64,000 nucleotides of DNA from Kudoa neothunni (GCA_964304625.1 OZ199838.1:16909469-16973468); one strand, 5' to 3'. Shown: positions 12,138-26,570, counted from the stretch's first letter. Translations and numbers: made by a program. Notes: generated from the sequence alone by a model not told the origin.

Positions 12138-14315
12138 ATGAAATGCTTGTTAAGTTGTCGTATAAGTTATCCGAAAACACGAACTGATGTTTATAAAATT
12201 AAAATATTTCGTTTTTTGTCAAGTATAAAACTTAAAGAAGACATGTTGCCAAGAAAAAAAGACAATGAGGGAATATCTCTTGCTGACAGTTATTTAAGAA
12301 GTTGGCTAAAAGTGATGAACAACTACCATGAGATAGTCAAATTTAGACAAGGAATTCGGCACGGAAGGATTCTCGCTCATCGATTCAGCAGTTTACCGTT
12401 TCGATGCAATGGATGTGGCTCATTTCTTCACACTAATAAAAGTGATAAACGTGGCTATCTTACAAATGATCAGTTTTATTGGTTGCTAAAAAATGCCATT
12501 TCATTTCATGATATTTATTGCGCAAATTGTTCTACTAATGATGATATCAGACTGCATCAAATAATTACCAAAAACGAATACATTAACGAGTTGTCGTTTT
12601 TGCACAATAAGCCAACCTTATATCTTCATGTGATTGATGTGTGTGATATTGAGGGAAGTTTTCGGATGGATTACTATCGTCAAATTCACCCCGAATCTCA
12701 TATACTGTTTGTGGTAAATAAAATAGACCTTTTGCCGACGGAAGTTACAACTTTGGAAAAACTTGACGATACAATGAAGGATTTTATCAGCCATTTCGGT
12801 AAATGGGATGCTGGACAGGTGGCTGATACAGTTTACGTGAGTTGCAAATATTTCTTTGGAGTGATATCCTTGTTCAAGCTATTGGCCCAAATTAGTCTAG
12901 ATCGAGACGTGTGTATTGTTGGAACAAGCAACTCGGGCAAATCTTCACTATTCAATCTAATTCAAAACGTGATGCATTTGAGTAAAATAAGAAATACAAA
13001 ACTAATGCCAGTTCAATCGACTGTTGGAAATTTCCCTGGAACAACTTGTGGTGTCATCAGACATCCTATAAATACTCTGTATTTACTACACGGATACAGA
13101 TACTTGAGATCACTCGTGGTTAAGGTAAATGAATTTGTATTTCTGAACAAAATTTTAGTTGATTTAGGACAAGGAAGTAGAAAAATTTAATTTGGATAAG
13201 GAAATTAACAACGAATTTAAATATTTTTACGTTGATCCAAATTTGAAAGCCGAAATATTTGGTTACAATCCACTCAAATCAACTGACAAGAAGCGTGCTG
13301 ATTACCTAGAATTGTGCCTCGAAAGCAACGCAAACGATCACATCCTACTTCATCAAGCAAATACCATTTATTCATCCCGCCCAAGAGTAAACTATTTGAA
13401 TCCAAAACACAGATTTGATCACGATAAATATTCTTGGATGTACGACACTCCTAGTTGCAGTGACAATACTGAAAGGGAGAAGTTATGTGCTAAATATGTT
13501 TTTGATGAGGTTTCCAATAATAATAACTCAGCTGTTGAGTGCTTGCGGAATATGCACATTAAACTAAAGCCTGACTCAATGGTTGCTGTTGATGATTTCA
13601 TGATAATTAGAATAGATAAAAGTGTAAACCTGAAAAAAATAATTCCAAAAGATGAGCCGTCTTCTAATAACGAATCAAATCATTTGGATATTTTCTTCTT
13701 CGTTCCACCGAAACTTTCAAGTAAAGTCCATTTGCTTCAAAAATATTCAGGTGAAGATTTATTAGTAGAAGTATGATTTCTCAGCATAATTAAACTAATA
13801 ATTTTTTCGTTGAAATTTTTTAGAGTAAAGATTATAATTTTGAATTTGTTGGAAATGGATTTAGTAAAACTGCCTGTGAAATCGAACTGAATGGCCTAGG
13901 ATGGATGACTATACTAGGACCAAGTGGATCTCTGATTAAGCTCAAAGTCTCTGTTTTAAAAAACTCAATCATTCCCACCATTAGAACAATACCAATATTG
14001 AAAATTCGACGTAAATTTGATAGTGATGACATTTTATAACATTGTGTAGCGAAAAAAGCACATTCGAAACCACTTCTTAACAAATATTTCACTGAAGGAA
14101 ATGTACATGCATTCGAAAGGAAAATAGAGCCTTGTGTTAAGCGTCATCATGAAATTAGTTTTAATCAAAGGCAATTACAAATCAACGAACTTAAAGACCA
14201 TTTGTTACAGCAGAAACCCCATCTGCAGTCAACCCAGCATCCCCACATCAACCCTCCAGAGAAAATTTTTAATGAAATTGATGTGGACGGCGAGTTTGAT
14301 CAACCTTGTGAATAA
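12138..14315 (+). CDS. NOA1: NOA1/YqeH-family circularly permuted GTPase (mitoribosome small-subunit assembly)
   Basis: Zn finger CNGCG...CANC; G4 NKIDLL precedes G1 GTSNSGKSS, G2 NFPGTT and G3 YDTP; C-terminal GLGW motif. Introns 13125-13167, 13771-13823 and probably 14011-14049 (without the last one the frame stops at about 14039). Confidence 0.85.
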
Positions 14316-16814
14316 ACCTGAAGAATTTGATTAGAATAGCTTTATATATCTGTGAACTATTTTTGTATTTAATATGAGAGAAAATGATAGCGCAATGTAT
14401 AATATATATTGTTGAAAAAACATTAATAAGAATATATTTTATGAGCTGAAATATTTTTTAATATAAAATTATATTTCTGATAAAATCGAAGCTACTCAAA
14501 TTACAAGGAATTTTCGATATGAATCAGATTAAGATTTCTCATTATTTTTTATTATTTCTAAAAATCTTATTGATTACATTTAAAATACTATCTATGAGAA
14601 CGATATTATGGGATTATTGCTTTTAGTATGATTTATGTTTGGCGATTCTATAATTTTTTCAATAATAGCTTATATATAACATTATGGTTGAGTTTTTTTT
14701 TTTACGGATACAGATGTAGTTCTAAAATATACAGCAGAATTTCGATACGACCCTAAGGAAAAGTCAATGTTTGAAAAACTGAAATATATATAGATTTATT
14801 AAATATGCTTAAAATAATTGAAATATTATTAAGTTTAGAATAATTAAAACAATATAAGCAACTACATTTTCACTTTTATTGAAATTATGCAATAAATATA
14901 ATAATAGGGTTCTATCATTCAGAGCATGACTATAAAATTTTCATTATTTTCCTTTAAAATTAAATTTTAGTCAAACTAATATTTTAACGACTTTTCTACA
15001 TTTCTTTGGAATAATATTTTGTTATTTTATAATCACTTATACTTATGTAAATTTGAAAACATTAAGGAAGGTTGCTGTTTTTTTGTTTTTTTGATGAGGT
15101 GGATTATTTGTTACATTATTTCAATATTATGCTTTTATTTAAGTGTGATTATAAAATTATACGAGTAGATGTTGTTTCTAATTATCTAAGAATTGATCTT
15201 ACGTCATTTTAATACAAATTAATAAAATTGGGGAACCTAATTAATATTGAATTTAGAATGAGTAGTTTTATTCAATTAGATTATTTAATAATATTGCTTA
15301 TTTATTATTATTTAATTTAAGAATATTTTTAAAAAATTAAGTTACAGATATTTTTAGAATAATAAATTAAAAATAGTTAAGTAATGTCTAATAAATGAAT
15401 AGATTGTTTTAACTATATTGACTAGATAAAATGCACCTGAAAGGTAATAAAATAGAGAAAATAAGTATATCTTCTCGGAGTTATATTTTCGAAAGAGTCC
15501 TAATTTTTTAATATTTTATCCAAAAATTCGATGTATTACAATAAAGTTGTTAAAGAAAATATTTTAATCATTTTTTAAATATAAAAACACGCATTCAAAA
15601 AGTTAATCAATAATAATAAATTAAATACTGGATTTAAAAAAAATTTACGAGGTGCTTTCTGTTATCGAGATTTTATAATAATGAATATTTTAATAAAAAG
15701 TATATAGTCATGAGAATTATTTCAACAAAAGGAAAAATTTAAAAATGATTGTAATACCTATTCTTGACAAAACTATTCGAAATTATTATTTCAGCGAAAA
15801 GCTACTAGAAAATAATAGAAAAAAAATTTAGTTAATTTTTTAATAGTAAAATAATTAAAAGTACTTAATTTTATTTTAAAAATAGGATTGTTTATTTTTA
15901 AATGATTTTTTTAATATTAAATTCCCTTATATTAGATATGCCCTTAGGAACGACTTCACATAATAGTAGATAAACAAATGAAAATAAAATATTTATTATT
16001 TTCTGAATGATTTTTATTTCAGAAAACTCAATTATAAACTGATTGAACTAATAATTTTCATATCAGAATAAATACATGTATATCTTGAATTTAATGCTTA
16101 CTTTCTACAAATTGTTACATCCAACAAATTGATGCTTTATAAGTAGAAATGAATTTTTGATGATAAGAAAGTTATAATTAACATTTTTTTAAGGCAAAAT
16201 AACTGATAACTGATTAATGGGATAGTTGGAAATGAAAGCGCTTCCCCTGTAGATTAGCGAAAATAGCCGGTAATTCAAGTTAGTTATGATTATGAAAGAA
16301 ATTAAAATGACATTTTTGAAGGAAAAAAGGTTAATTATTTAAGCTATTTTAAAAAAACATGAACTATATTCTATTTAATGTAATAAATATTAACTAGATT
16401 AATTAATAAAGTCCAAATGAGAATTTATTATGCCATCGGCTTGTTTACGACGGAGATTAAATTAGATGACTTTTGATAGTATTCGTTATAGTGTATTTTG
16501 AGAGAAACTAACTACAAAATAAAAATCCGTTAAGAAATTTATATATATCAATGCCATAGTAATTAATCTATTAATGTTAAAAATTTTGAGATTACATAGA
16601 ATTTTATAACATTATTATTAAATATTGAATTATAGAATAGCAGTCGAACTACTTAAAAAATTAAATACAAAAGTGAAATATTTGCGATAACAAGGGTGGA
16701 GACAAACTTTTGAATATTTTCGTGGCCGCTTGGATTGCTCGTTAAGATTAGAAAAATGCTCAAAATTAGGATTAAACTGTTGCACCGTTATTCGGTCTGT
16801 GTTGTTGAACGAGC

Positions 16815-18543
16815 ATGTCGGCCATCGAACTCATGAATGAATTCGTTGTTAAGGAAGGTCACTGTGAAAATCAATACTTTTCCATTTATCGACAACGGAT
16901 TGAATCTCTTCGAGAGACTATCACAGCCGTAGCAATGAAACGCTGGAAAATGGAGCCTATTGTATTAGCGAATGTATCTCCCGCGTTCAGTTGTTGTATA
17001 ATGGGAGTGCTATTCAAAAAAATGAAGCTTCAACCATCTGTGCTGAGCTCCATCGAGAAAAAAGTTTTTCTGATTGTGGTTCTCCAGTGTAGAATTTTTG
17101 TAGAATCATGTGGATGTGAGCATTCCTAAGAAACGTCTTATTGATGTGAACGATTATTTAATCCTAGAAGATAGCACTCAACGAGTGGTTTTGTGTGGAA
17201 CCAAAATGGACCCCAATAAATTTGTCACTGGTGTGGTTATGGGTGTAAAGGGTGTGATGTTGGCAAATGGCTCATTTGAGGTGGAAGACTATGTTTACCC
17301 TAATTTTTATGTCATTCCCAAAGAGTTGAATCTTTTGGGTTCCAAATTCTCTGCACCTTCAAAAAAGTATTAATACCAATCTCCTAAATTCTGTTATAAT
17401 TTTTCAACATATTGACGTTTTCCATGCTTCATGTAGTTGGATTTTGTTTCTCAGCGGGTTGAATTTTTCTCTTGTTGACAACCACTCGAACAGTCTACAA
17501 TATTTGTACCATTCACTGAAATTTGCTCAAAGCAACTTACACCCGTTGCATGTAATGATTTCAAAATAACTGTGATCTTTTGGCTAATTATTAACTAATA
17601 GAATTCTCTTGGTAATATTGGTCATGTGGTGATTTGTGGAGGGATTTTTGACGGAGAACTTTTTAGGAACGATGCAAAAATAATGGTATGAAATTAGATC
17701 TATTAGAATCCGCATGCTATTTTTCAACGTGATGAATTAGGTACGAAGAAATATGACCAACAATACCGCAAATACATTAAACAATGTTTTGAAGAGCGCC
17801 GATAACTTTCTCTATAATTTATTGGTATGTTGAAGAGCTCCAATGATATGTAAGCGATTTTGTGATGGTTTAGTGCCTTGGGGTTGAGATGAGTGTGATG
17901 CCCGGTGAAAATGATCCTGTGAGTTATTTTCTTCCTCAACAACCGTTCCATCCGTGCATCTTTCCCAAATCCTCCTCCACCAGGAATTTCCATGCGGCCA
18001 CCAATCCCTACGAATTCAGTTTAAATAACAATGAGTAAATTCACATCTTTTAATTGGACAATTTAACGTTTGTATTTCTATTAGAATCTTGGGAACTTCT
18101 GGCCAACCTATTTCCAGCATTCAAAACTACACTGATATTGATTCTGCTATAGATGCACTTGAATTGTGTTTACAATCACAAATCATTTCTCCAAGCTCAC
18201 CTGATATTTTAGGTTGGTATTATTTTTAAGGTATTTGTTTTAATTTGTGTTAATTCAATTAGGTTGTTACCCCTATAAAAACAATGATCCGTTCATCATG
18301 AATCATCCCCCCAAGGTTTTATTCTGTGGTTGTCAAAGTGAATTCTCGTCAAAACTTATTAATCGTATGAAGTTATATGTAATAGTAACAGGTGACTAAA
18401 TTGAATTTTTAGTCACTGATGTTACTGGGAAAGTACATGAAACGCTTTTGATGTCGGTTCCCAACTTTTCTTCTGAGGCCATTGCAGTTCTTTTGAACAG
18501 CGAGACTTTGGAATGTTTCCCTCTCGAGCTGCAAGCCATTTAG
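16815..18543 (+). CDS. POLD2: DNA polymerase delta subunit 2
   Basis: QYFSIYRQRI, GVLFKKMKLQPSVL, LILEDSTQRV, VTGVVMGVKG, MPGENDP...LPQQPFHPCIFP, TNPY, LGTSGQ, PSSPDILGCYP..NDPFI. Multiple short GT-AG introns (first 17064-17103); TAG at 18541-18543. Confidence 0.95.
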
Positions 18544-19595
18544 TAATGTAACCATCATTCACAATGATACAATTTTTTTGTGTGATTTGAACAAAGAATT
18601 ATTGCCTTAAAGATGAACAACATTTTAATTGTTATTTATTTGTAAGAAAAAAAGGAAAATTATCAGATCTAATTAAATTCGTCATTTTAAACACTCTGAA
18701 AATACACAAATTTATCATAAATATAGCAGTTGAGACTTTATTATATTTAAAAATTCGTGAATATTATTCAAATTACGTGTTCGGGTGACTACGACTCTTG
18801 AATTTAGCGATCGAACATCGATCTCATTTGTTTCTGGTGTAAAAACGTCTATTATGTTAAAAAATGTTTGAAAGAATTTTTATTACATGAGACATGCGAT
18901 TTATAGCTTAAGTCAATATAAGGATAAAGAGAAAAATAACTGCGTATAAATTACAAAATTGGGTGGTTCTTACCTATGTTGAATGAGGGAATTTTCACCA
19001 TTAATAGATATCGTTGGAGGTAAAGATCAGGCAAAATGCATCAGACCGTGACAGGTGTAAATCATTTTCTTCTCCATTTTTATTTATTTCCTTTTTAAGC
19101 GATTAATTTATTGAAATGAATATACATTGAGAAAAATCCCATCATACTGACAATATTTTTAGAATTTAGGGTGATAATTACTAGAGTAAAATCGAAATAA
19201 TTTTATTCAGAGTTATATTACTCAAATAAATATTGTTTTTTTAGTCCGCCGAGCCCTTGTCTCAAGGAGTAATTTACTATTTTAATCAATTAGTTTAAGC
19301 TTAAAAATTTATAATATTTAGAAAATAATTTTTTTTATTTTTATAATTACTGAAAAAAATCGATTGATGTGAATAAATGAATATATAGTGAACATAATAA
19401 CGATAAAATTAAACGTATGGAACGTTCATTTGACATTGGAAGTATATTGACAGCTAACTCCTTAGCTTATAACGAAAATTACTTAAATTTTATCCTAATT
19501 GTATCAATAGTTGCCCAAAAATTAATAACTTCATGTTATGGAATCAGAAAATTCAAAACTACAATGATACAAACGTTACTAAGCTAATACTCGAA

Positions 19596-19664
19596 AAATT
19601 TATTATTTATAAAATTTAAATTTTTAAATTTATTATTTATAAAATTTAAATTTTTAAATTTATT
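19596..19664. repeat. 30-bp AT-only tandem duplication (about 2.3 copies)
   Basis: AAATTTATTATTTATAAAATTTAAATTTTT repeated exactly. Confidence 0.85.
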
Positions 19665-20338
19665 GAACCAAACATTGATACAATAATGTGGTATCATGAT
19701 TTTTTTAAATTTTTTTTTTAGCACTACAATTAATATTATTACATTCAACAAATTTTAATTGAAGAATATAATATGGAAAAATGTTTATAACTAATTTTAT
19801 GACGAAAAAAGTGATATAAATATTTAAATATTAAAAATTTCTTTTTAATTCTATTTAAACTTTAATCTATAAAATTAAAAACTTGGACCAACATCACCAA
19901 CTTAATTAATGTATTCGTATAAGGTAGGGTGCTCGTATCTCCCACAAGAAATATGGAACCGATATAAATACTGGGCAACATTGCTTTCTGAATAACATTT
20001 AACGAGTTTATTCCATTCACCCTTTTTAGTGTTTAATAACAGAATTTAAAATTTTTAAATGATTTTAATATTTAACAAGAAAATTATGTTTAATGGCAAA
20101 GAATTAATTATTATTTAAAAAATATAAAAACAACACGACTAATATTGTTTACATATAGAAACCTTCTGAAAGTTCCACTAAAAATATGAACTATAAAAAC
20201 GAATTATTCTTAGTTATGGTTCACAAATCGTTGAAATAACCTTTTTTATTTGAATATCTCGGAATTTGTTACGATACATACGATCAAAAAATTATATTAT
20301 ATAATATTGAGATTTTCGACTCCCGAAAACCGCGAAAG

Positions 20339-20371
20339 GATTCTTAGATTCTTAGATCCTTAGATCCTTAG
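20339..20371. repeat. 8-bp tandem repeat (GATYCTTA) x4
   Basis: gattcttagattcttagatccttagatccttag read directly. Confidence 0.8.
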
Positions 20372-21358
20372 CCCAATTCACGAATCTCATCGCGATCTAT
20401 TTAATGATTATAAAATTAAAAATATTTTATTTATCTTATTTAAACACTATATATTAATTTTAAACACCTCATATCGCCTACTACTCCAAAATGATTCCCT
20501 AATGAGCATAAAATTATTGTATCCAAGAATATTATATATTTAAATTCCTACCTTCTATAATATTCTCAAAAATTATAACGCTACAAGACTTATATAAGGC
20601 TGATCTATAAATGTAAAGTGTAATCAAAAGCTTTATTCATCTTTGGACCCCAATAATCTTTCGCGCATAAAGTATTTGGTATATAAGCGGTAAAATAATT
20701 TAATAACTATAAAATCGTAACGTTAACATCAGACAGATGCCATTAAATTATATATATATATTTATAAATAATATTCAAAAAAGTCAAGCGATAGAAGTCG
20801 CATGGAAAATGAAGCGCAAACCTCAATTGGATTTAAAATATTCAGTGTAACACTACAAAAGCCAATAACCCATGATATGTTTCAAAATTAATAAAAAGAT
20901 TAGAACATTTAAACCATTGTTTCCTACTTTTTTGTTCACGGAGCTCCTACTAGCTATGCTAAATGAATACGAACCCCTATTTATATTTACCACGTATAAT
21001 CTACATCTATATTTATGCTTATGATATTACTGTTCCTTAAGTATTTTGTAAATCCAAATTTTATTATAATCAACAATTTATGAATAAAAACCCTTTCATG
21101 GAGGCTCTAAAATCAGGGACGTATCTATGTATCTATCCCTTTGGAAAAAAACCTCAAGTTTGAAAACATTGATTTACACTTCAAAATTTAAAAAAAATTC
21201 GCAATATTTTAAAAAAGATTAGTAATGCTTTTATACACGACGAAATTCTAAAATTCCTAACTGAATACTGAATATACAAGGGCACTGCATTAGAGTGGAA
21301 AAGTCAAAAAGTTGTATCAAATTACAAACTAAACATCTAAATTAAATACAACAGCCAG

Positions 21359-22351
21359 TTAACTATTTTCAACATCTTTCAAGTATAATGGTATAGCGAT
21401 CGAATCGTTGGTTTTGATATGTAACGACTTAATGGATTTCCAGCCTCCAGGTATGTGATTCACACACACTTTCACACTGTGAACCAAATTATGAAGAAGT
21501 TGGTCCTCATTCATATCAACCCTTCCAATTTTGACACTACTAAAAATCAACCAGTTTATATTGACCCCACATAAACTAGTAATAACTACCAATTTTGTGA
21601 ATCCTTTTTGAAGCGCACATAAACACACTGAGTGGCCTTTTTGATATCGGAGGAAAGAGATGACGACTTGAGGTCTATTCTAATTGGTAGTCTAAGAAAT
21701 AAGAACATTCAAATCGAATGGACAACAAAATTTTTAAAAAGTATACTTTTTGTGCTCGTAGAAATGTTTTCCGAGCAAATTCGGCAGCAAATGGAGAATA
21801 TATCGATCCGCAAGGAATATATCATACATATTGCAGAGTTTGCGTTTTTGTTCGAATGTTTTGAAGTGGGTTGTCAATTTTTGCAAGCTAATAACCTAAA
21901 TCGGGAAATATAAAAATGTAAAAATTAAAAAATCCTACTTCAGTGATTGCATCTATGTGTTGTGAAGATAGTAACTGTTTGACCACCTTACGGGGATCTT
22001 TGCTGAACAAACAAACTCTAGGATTTTCCACTGGAAAGTAAGGTAACGGTCTAAAATTGTATTTACATCTTTTTGAAAAAAGTCAACCAAACAATGATAC
22101 ATTCGAATAGGTTTGATGTGAGTTGTTTTTTTTCCACCCACAACTGAAACATTCAAAAAAATCGGATCTATATCTTCGAAAAGTTTGACCTTTTTATGGG
22201 AGTCTTCGGTTGTCGAGTTGGCATCATTATGGTGATGCTTCTCGTTGAAGATTTTGAGCGCTGAGATGGCTTTTAATGACTGAAAATAATTAAAATGTAA
22301 ATCTGCGGGAAGTTTACATGCAAATACCTGTTCGTTATTGATTTCTGTCAT
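21359..22351 (-). CDS. RSL1D1: Ribosomal L1 domain-containing protein 1
   Basis: Start MTEINNEQ; spliced exons include AISAL, DPIFLNV, VCLFSKDP and the C-terminal SVKIGRVDMNEDQLLHNL...IPGGWKSIKSLHIKTNDSIAIPLY typical of RSL1D1/Utp30/Cic1. Confidence 0.85.
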
Positions 22352-22591
22352 TTGATTGTATGAACGGTATCGCACGAGTTACCAAGTATCGGCAATATTC
22401 GTCCACCTAACGTTAATTTATAGTTTAAACTTTTAGTTATTTTATAACATTCTGTGGAGATTCTATTAAAATTAATTTTTTTTGATATTTCCACGATTCT
22501 ATAGATAATAATACACGGCAACAGGCATCCGATTAAATTGTATAAACCCCGCAAGCGTAATCCATTGTTGATAGTGAGTCAGATTTGTAAT

Positions 22592-23158
22592 ATGGGAAAT
22601 GTGTTGTCGAATTTTTATGAGCAAATAAGAAGTCTTTTTGGTAACACTAAGGTACGAATAATAATGATTGGATTGGACAACGCTGGCAAAACCACCATTC
22701 TATATCAACTGAAATTCTGCAAAAACACCCCAACAATACCAACAATGGGTTTTAATGTTGAGACTGTGAGCTATAAAAATTTCTCACTTGTTGTGTGGGA
22801 TGTGGGTGGTCAAGATAAAATCAGACATTTGTGGAGTGTGTATTCGGCAACCTCGAATGGAATCATTTTTGTTGTGGATAGTTCCGATCCAAGACGTATT
22901 ACAGAAGCCAAAACTGAACTGTTTAATATTCTACGCGAGAAATCACTGGAAAATGTCCCCTTGCTTGTTTTCTGCAACAAACAAGATATGGTGGATAGTA
23001 TCAGTGTAGCTGAGATGAAAGAGAGACTAGGCCTCAATGAGGTTGTCGATAGAAATTGGTTTCTTCAACCTGCGGTTGCCACTGAGGGAAGTGGTCTGCG
23101 GGAAGGTCTTGATTGGTTTGTCAACCAGCTACGGTCCAACTCTATTTTTTTCAAATAG
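22592..23158 (+). CDS. ADP-ribosylation factor family GTPase, intronless, 188 aa
   Basis: MG myristoylation start; GLDNAGKTT, TIPTMGFNVETV, WDVGGQDKIR, NKQD. The true start is the ATG at 22592, not the upstream TTG used in the ORF track. Subfamily not resolved. Confidence 0.93.
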   Translation: MGNVLSNFYEQIRSLFGNTKVRIIMIGLDNAGKTTILYQLKFCKNTPTIPTMGFNVETVSYKNFSLVVWDVGGQDKIRHLWSVYSATSNGIIFVVDSSDPRRITEAKTELFNILREKSLENVPLLVFCNKQDMVDSISVAEMKERLGLNEVVDRNWFLQPAVATEGSGLREGLDWFVNQLRSNSIFFK

Positions 23159-23601
23159 ATATCAGTTGATGACTGCTGTGTAATGTGTGTGTAATTTTTG
23201 TTTCAACGTCCATCCTCAAATTTTCCTCTTTCATATGGTAGCCTATCTGTTTATATTTTTTCAAAATAATTGATGGAGCTCTTTTAAAATTTATAGAATC
23301 TATTTAATGCGACACGATCCTATGGCAATCTATTCTAGTTTTATATTGATTTATTTATTATTTGAGTGTTTTTATTATGTGGCGTCATTAAGTTTATTTT
23401 AGTTATGAATTGCAATTAAAAAATTTATGTTTTATTTTCTCTTAATTTGTCGTTTGTTTACCTTAGCTTTTTACAAATTGATCTATGATCACCTATCAGT
23501 AACAAGCTTTTTCATTGTTTAGTGAGCATGTGGGTACTAATTCAAAACTAAGGTGTATAAAAGTGAGATATTAAATTTCACACTTACTGACATTTATCTT
23601 C

Positions 23602-24640
23602 TTCTATATATATAACGCCGTAGTGTGTGTTTGTCAATTCATATTCAAATAGGGAAACTTTTTTAATATTTAAGATTATTTTTATACTTTAAAAAATACA
23701 AGATTAACTACAAAAATGAAATGAAACTTGTTGATTGCTTATAAGGTGTTGAATTCGTAGTTTAAACTTGTTGTAGGCAGATTAGCACTGATGATAATAA
23801 AATTAACACTGCATATGCTTTTCTAACGGGTTCAGCGAAAGTATTGAAACGATTGATTTCTGTAAGGAAATACAACTTAAACTTTGTAATTTTACTTTTC
23901 TCCTTTTTGGATGTAGTTAAGACGATCTACAACATTCGTTTGTGTGTAGAAGGGAACCCGGCGTATTCGAATATTTGTTGTTTAAACGGGAAGTTAATTC
24001 GCGTGGAAAAATTACCTGCTTCACATGTTGAATTAATGCTAAAAAGTGTTCATTATTTTTTAAATATATTGTAACTGAAGTTGAGATGTTTTCTTTAAAT
24101 GGAACACTACTAACAAATTTTTAGATTAGTTGGATAATGCGATTAATATGCCGCATGAGTTAAAGTAATTTTGATTTCTAATTAAGATAGAATGCACTCT
24201 AGGAGAAAGTGAAGAAGAACGGGATATTACCCTTTAATTTGATTAACATTGTATCCATAAGAATGATACCGTGATTCTACTTTTCGTTGAATACTTTAAA
24301 CGATGGGTCCGTGGTCTGTTAAACCTCGGAAGATGGAGCTAAAAAATTAACGCGGGAAACGAAGGGGGTGCATTTTGTATCCAGAGAATTTTCATGTTAT
24401 TGCACTTATGCGCCAAACAAATTATTTCATATACTTGACAATTTATTTAAATTAACAAATACCACATAAAAGTAAAAATAGTTTAGCAATATGGTAAGAA
24501 ACGCGTATTTTATCGATAGTCACGTTTCACGAAAGAAACAACGAATCGGTTATATATCCGACATAAATATATTTTACAACAAAATGAAAAACCAATTAAC
24601 TACTCCTAGAGGAATCAACGTTCAGCTTCAATGTTTTTTC
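23602..24640 (+). mobile_element. Degenerate Helitron 5' region and Rep remnant
   Basis: Begins TCTATATATATAACGCCGTAGTGTGTGTTTGTC (Helitron-like 5' end). Fragments CCLNGKL..., VSREF and ETTNRLYIRH resemble Helitron RepHel N-terminal motifs. Heavily decayed. Confidence 0.45.
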
Positions 24641-25189
24641 GCATCTCTACCATAAAACCAACAAACTCAGCGGTTGTAGATTACCGATAATTCTCGTTAA
24701 TCCCAAAGATGGATTACTAGATTAATTTGGAGTGGAGCTCTTTTTCAACTTAGCATTCATCGTTTAACTATAATCTTCAATTTAATAATTGGGGGAAAAA
24801 TATAATATTGATGAGGGGTGAAGACTAAATAAAATCAATTACATGTATATACATACACTAAAATGAACGATAATAATTATTTTTGAGTTATTTGCATTAT
24901 TAGCTTTCACAGCATACTATAGTATTAATGAATATTATTTTTTAAGTTAAATTGATTTTTTAATACAAAATTTAAAACCTCCGAATAATTATGCGAATTA
25001 AAAAATTTTTTATATATTGACTACTATCATAATTTTGAATAAAGTATAATTTATTCGAAATGTAGATTTCGTTATATTAATATAAATTTCATCCATACAA
25101 TGAATGTTTGCCCTCAAAGTAGAACGTAACTTGAATAAATATATTGAGCTTAATTTATTTAAAAATGCAATTGAGACATTTTAAATTGC

Positions 25190-26570
25190 TCATGTAATTT
25201 AATTAGCCCGAATTCAGTTTTTGGAATGTTTAAGACAAAATTCTGGTCCTTTTTTTCAATATTTTTTGAACAGTGAGTATATCTTGACTGCATCAGGTTT
25301 AAAATTATTTCCCCAGAAATAGATGTTTTGTCGCTCCTGGTGTGTTTGTTAAATAATAGGAATCTAATTTTAATATGTGAATAATGGTTATTTTCTAAAC
25401 TTGGACGATTCAAAACATTCGGTTTGATGAGATACGCTACAAGTTTGCGAAAAAAACATCGCCACCGGTTTCGATTACTTGATCACAGGTCTGGGAACTT
25501 CGATATCCATATTATGTAAGCGTTAAATTCTGGAACACCGATAAGATTCATAAACATGCTGAAAGGCCATCTTCTAGTTATAAAAACACAGCTGTACTTT
25601 TACGCCATTCGATTGTCACCATCAAACCTCGGTTGGTTTGATTATAATTGATAATTATTTTAGAGTTATTTTTTTATGATCGTTCAATCTCTCTATCATG
25701 GAAATCCGATGATAACAGATAAATGGTACGCTTTTTCTTTTGAACGTATGGCATTAGCGTTACGTTCTCACTGAAGATAAATTATGGCGATGACTCATCG
25801 CGATTAGTCATATTCTGTAGAATTTCAGGTATGCAGCATTTTTTTCTTATAAAAATTGTCATTAACTTAATATTCTTTTGCAACAAGAACAGCGCCATTG
25901 GATGCGGGTGAAAAAATTATCAGTTTCTAATCCTCCCCTAAAACCATGAAATGATGTAATATTTTCTAAAATCCCCACAGAATCAATCTAATTAATAACA
26001 CGATTGCGAAAATTCATCCTTTTTCTTGATTTTCGAATACATTCCCATCGGAAATCCGACTTAGTAATTGATATCTTCTATAATATCTCATCACACTCGA
26101 TTTTGGACTCATATAAAATTTCTGAATATTCGAAAAAGTCATAGTTAGAACATTCATCACATTAACCATCCTCAAATTCCAGGCCACTGTCAACATATCC
26201 TCCATTTTTAATTAAATTCCCAATAACATCATCCGAACTATTTTTTAATATCATTTCCTTATGTAAAATGTCAAAAATTAAAGACCGAAAAATTTTCGAA
26301 TGAAAATACACGTACCCGCAAAAACCAAATAACAAAGTTAACAATCGTGTGTACGTCAAATTAATCTCATCGTCCATCGGATTCTGTCGGCGGAAGTTAA
26401 AAGAATAATTTCTTAAGGTTCTTCGACATTTTATTTTAATTTCGTTGAATCTTCTTAACCCTTCCCGTATTGCGAAAAAAACTGGACGTGATCCTACGTG
26501 GAGTACTTGCCGTACCTCAGCAAAAATACGCCTAGTCAATTTTAAATCCTCCGAAGTATACATAATTTAA
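25190..26570 (-). pseudogene. Decayed RapGAP-domain gene (Rap1GAP/SIPA1-like)
   Basis: Collinear minus-strand fragments across stops and frameshifts: KSSVMRYYRRYQ..NVFENQEKG, SVGILENITSFHGFRGGLE (Rap1GAP FKGFRGGLD), ENVTLMPY (HVSTMLPY), AFQHVY (SHFQHVF), LKKRTRIL (RTR..L). Coding-like sequence probably continues beyond the piggyBac at 28966-29290. Confidence 0.55.

Noticed and set aside
19596-20371. Short direct repeats as a CRISPR array or telomeric repeat
   Set aside because: No spacers, only 2-4 units, eukaryotic context; simple slippage duplications.
21632-21913. Plus-strand ORF and other short antisense ORFs over genes (e.g. 4974-5351, 17724-17993, 22810-23037, 54794-55033)
   Set aside because: They are shadows of real spliced genes on the opposite strand, with no independent motifs.
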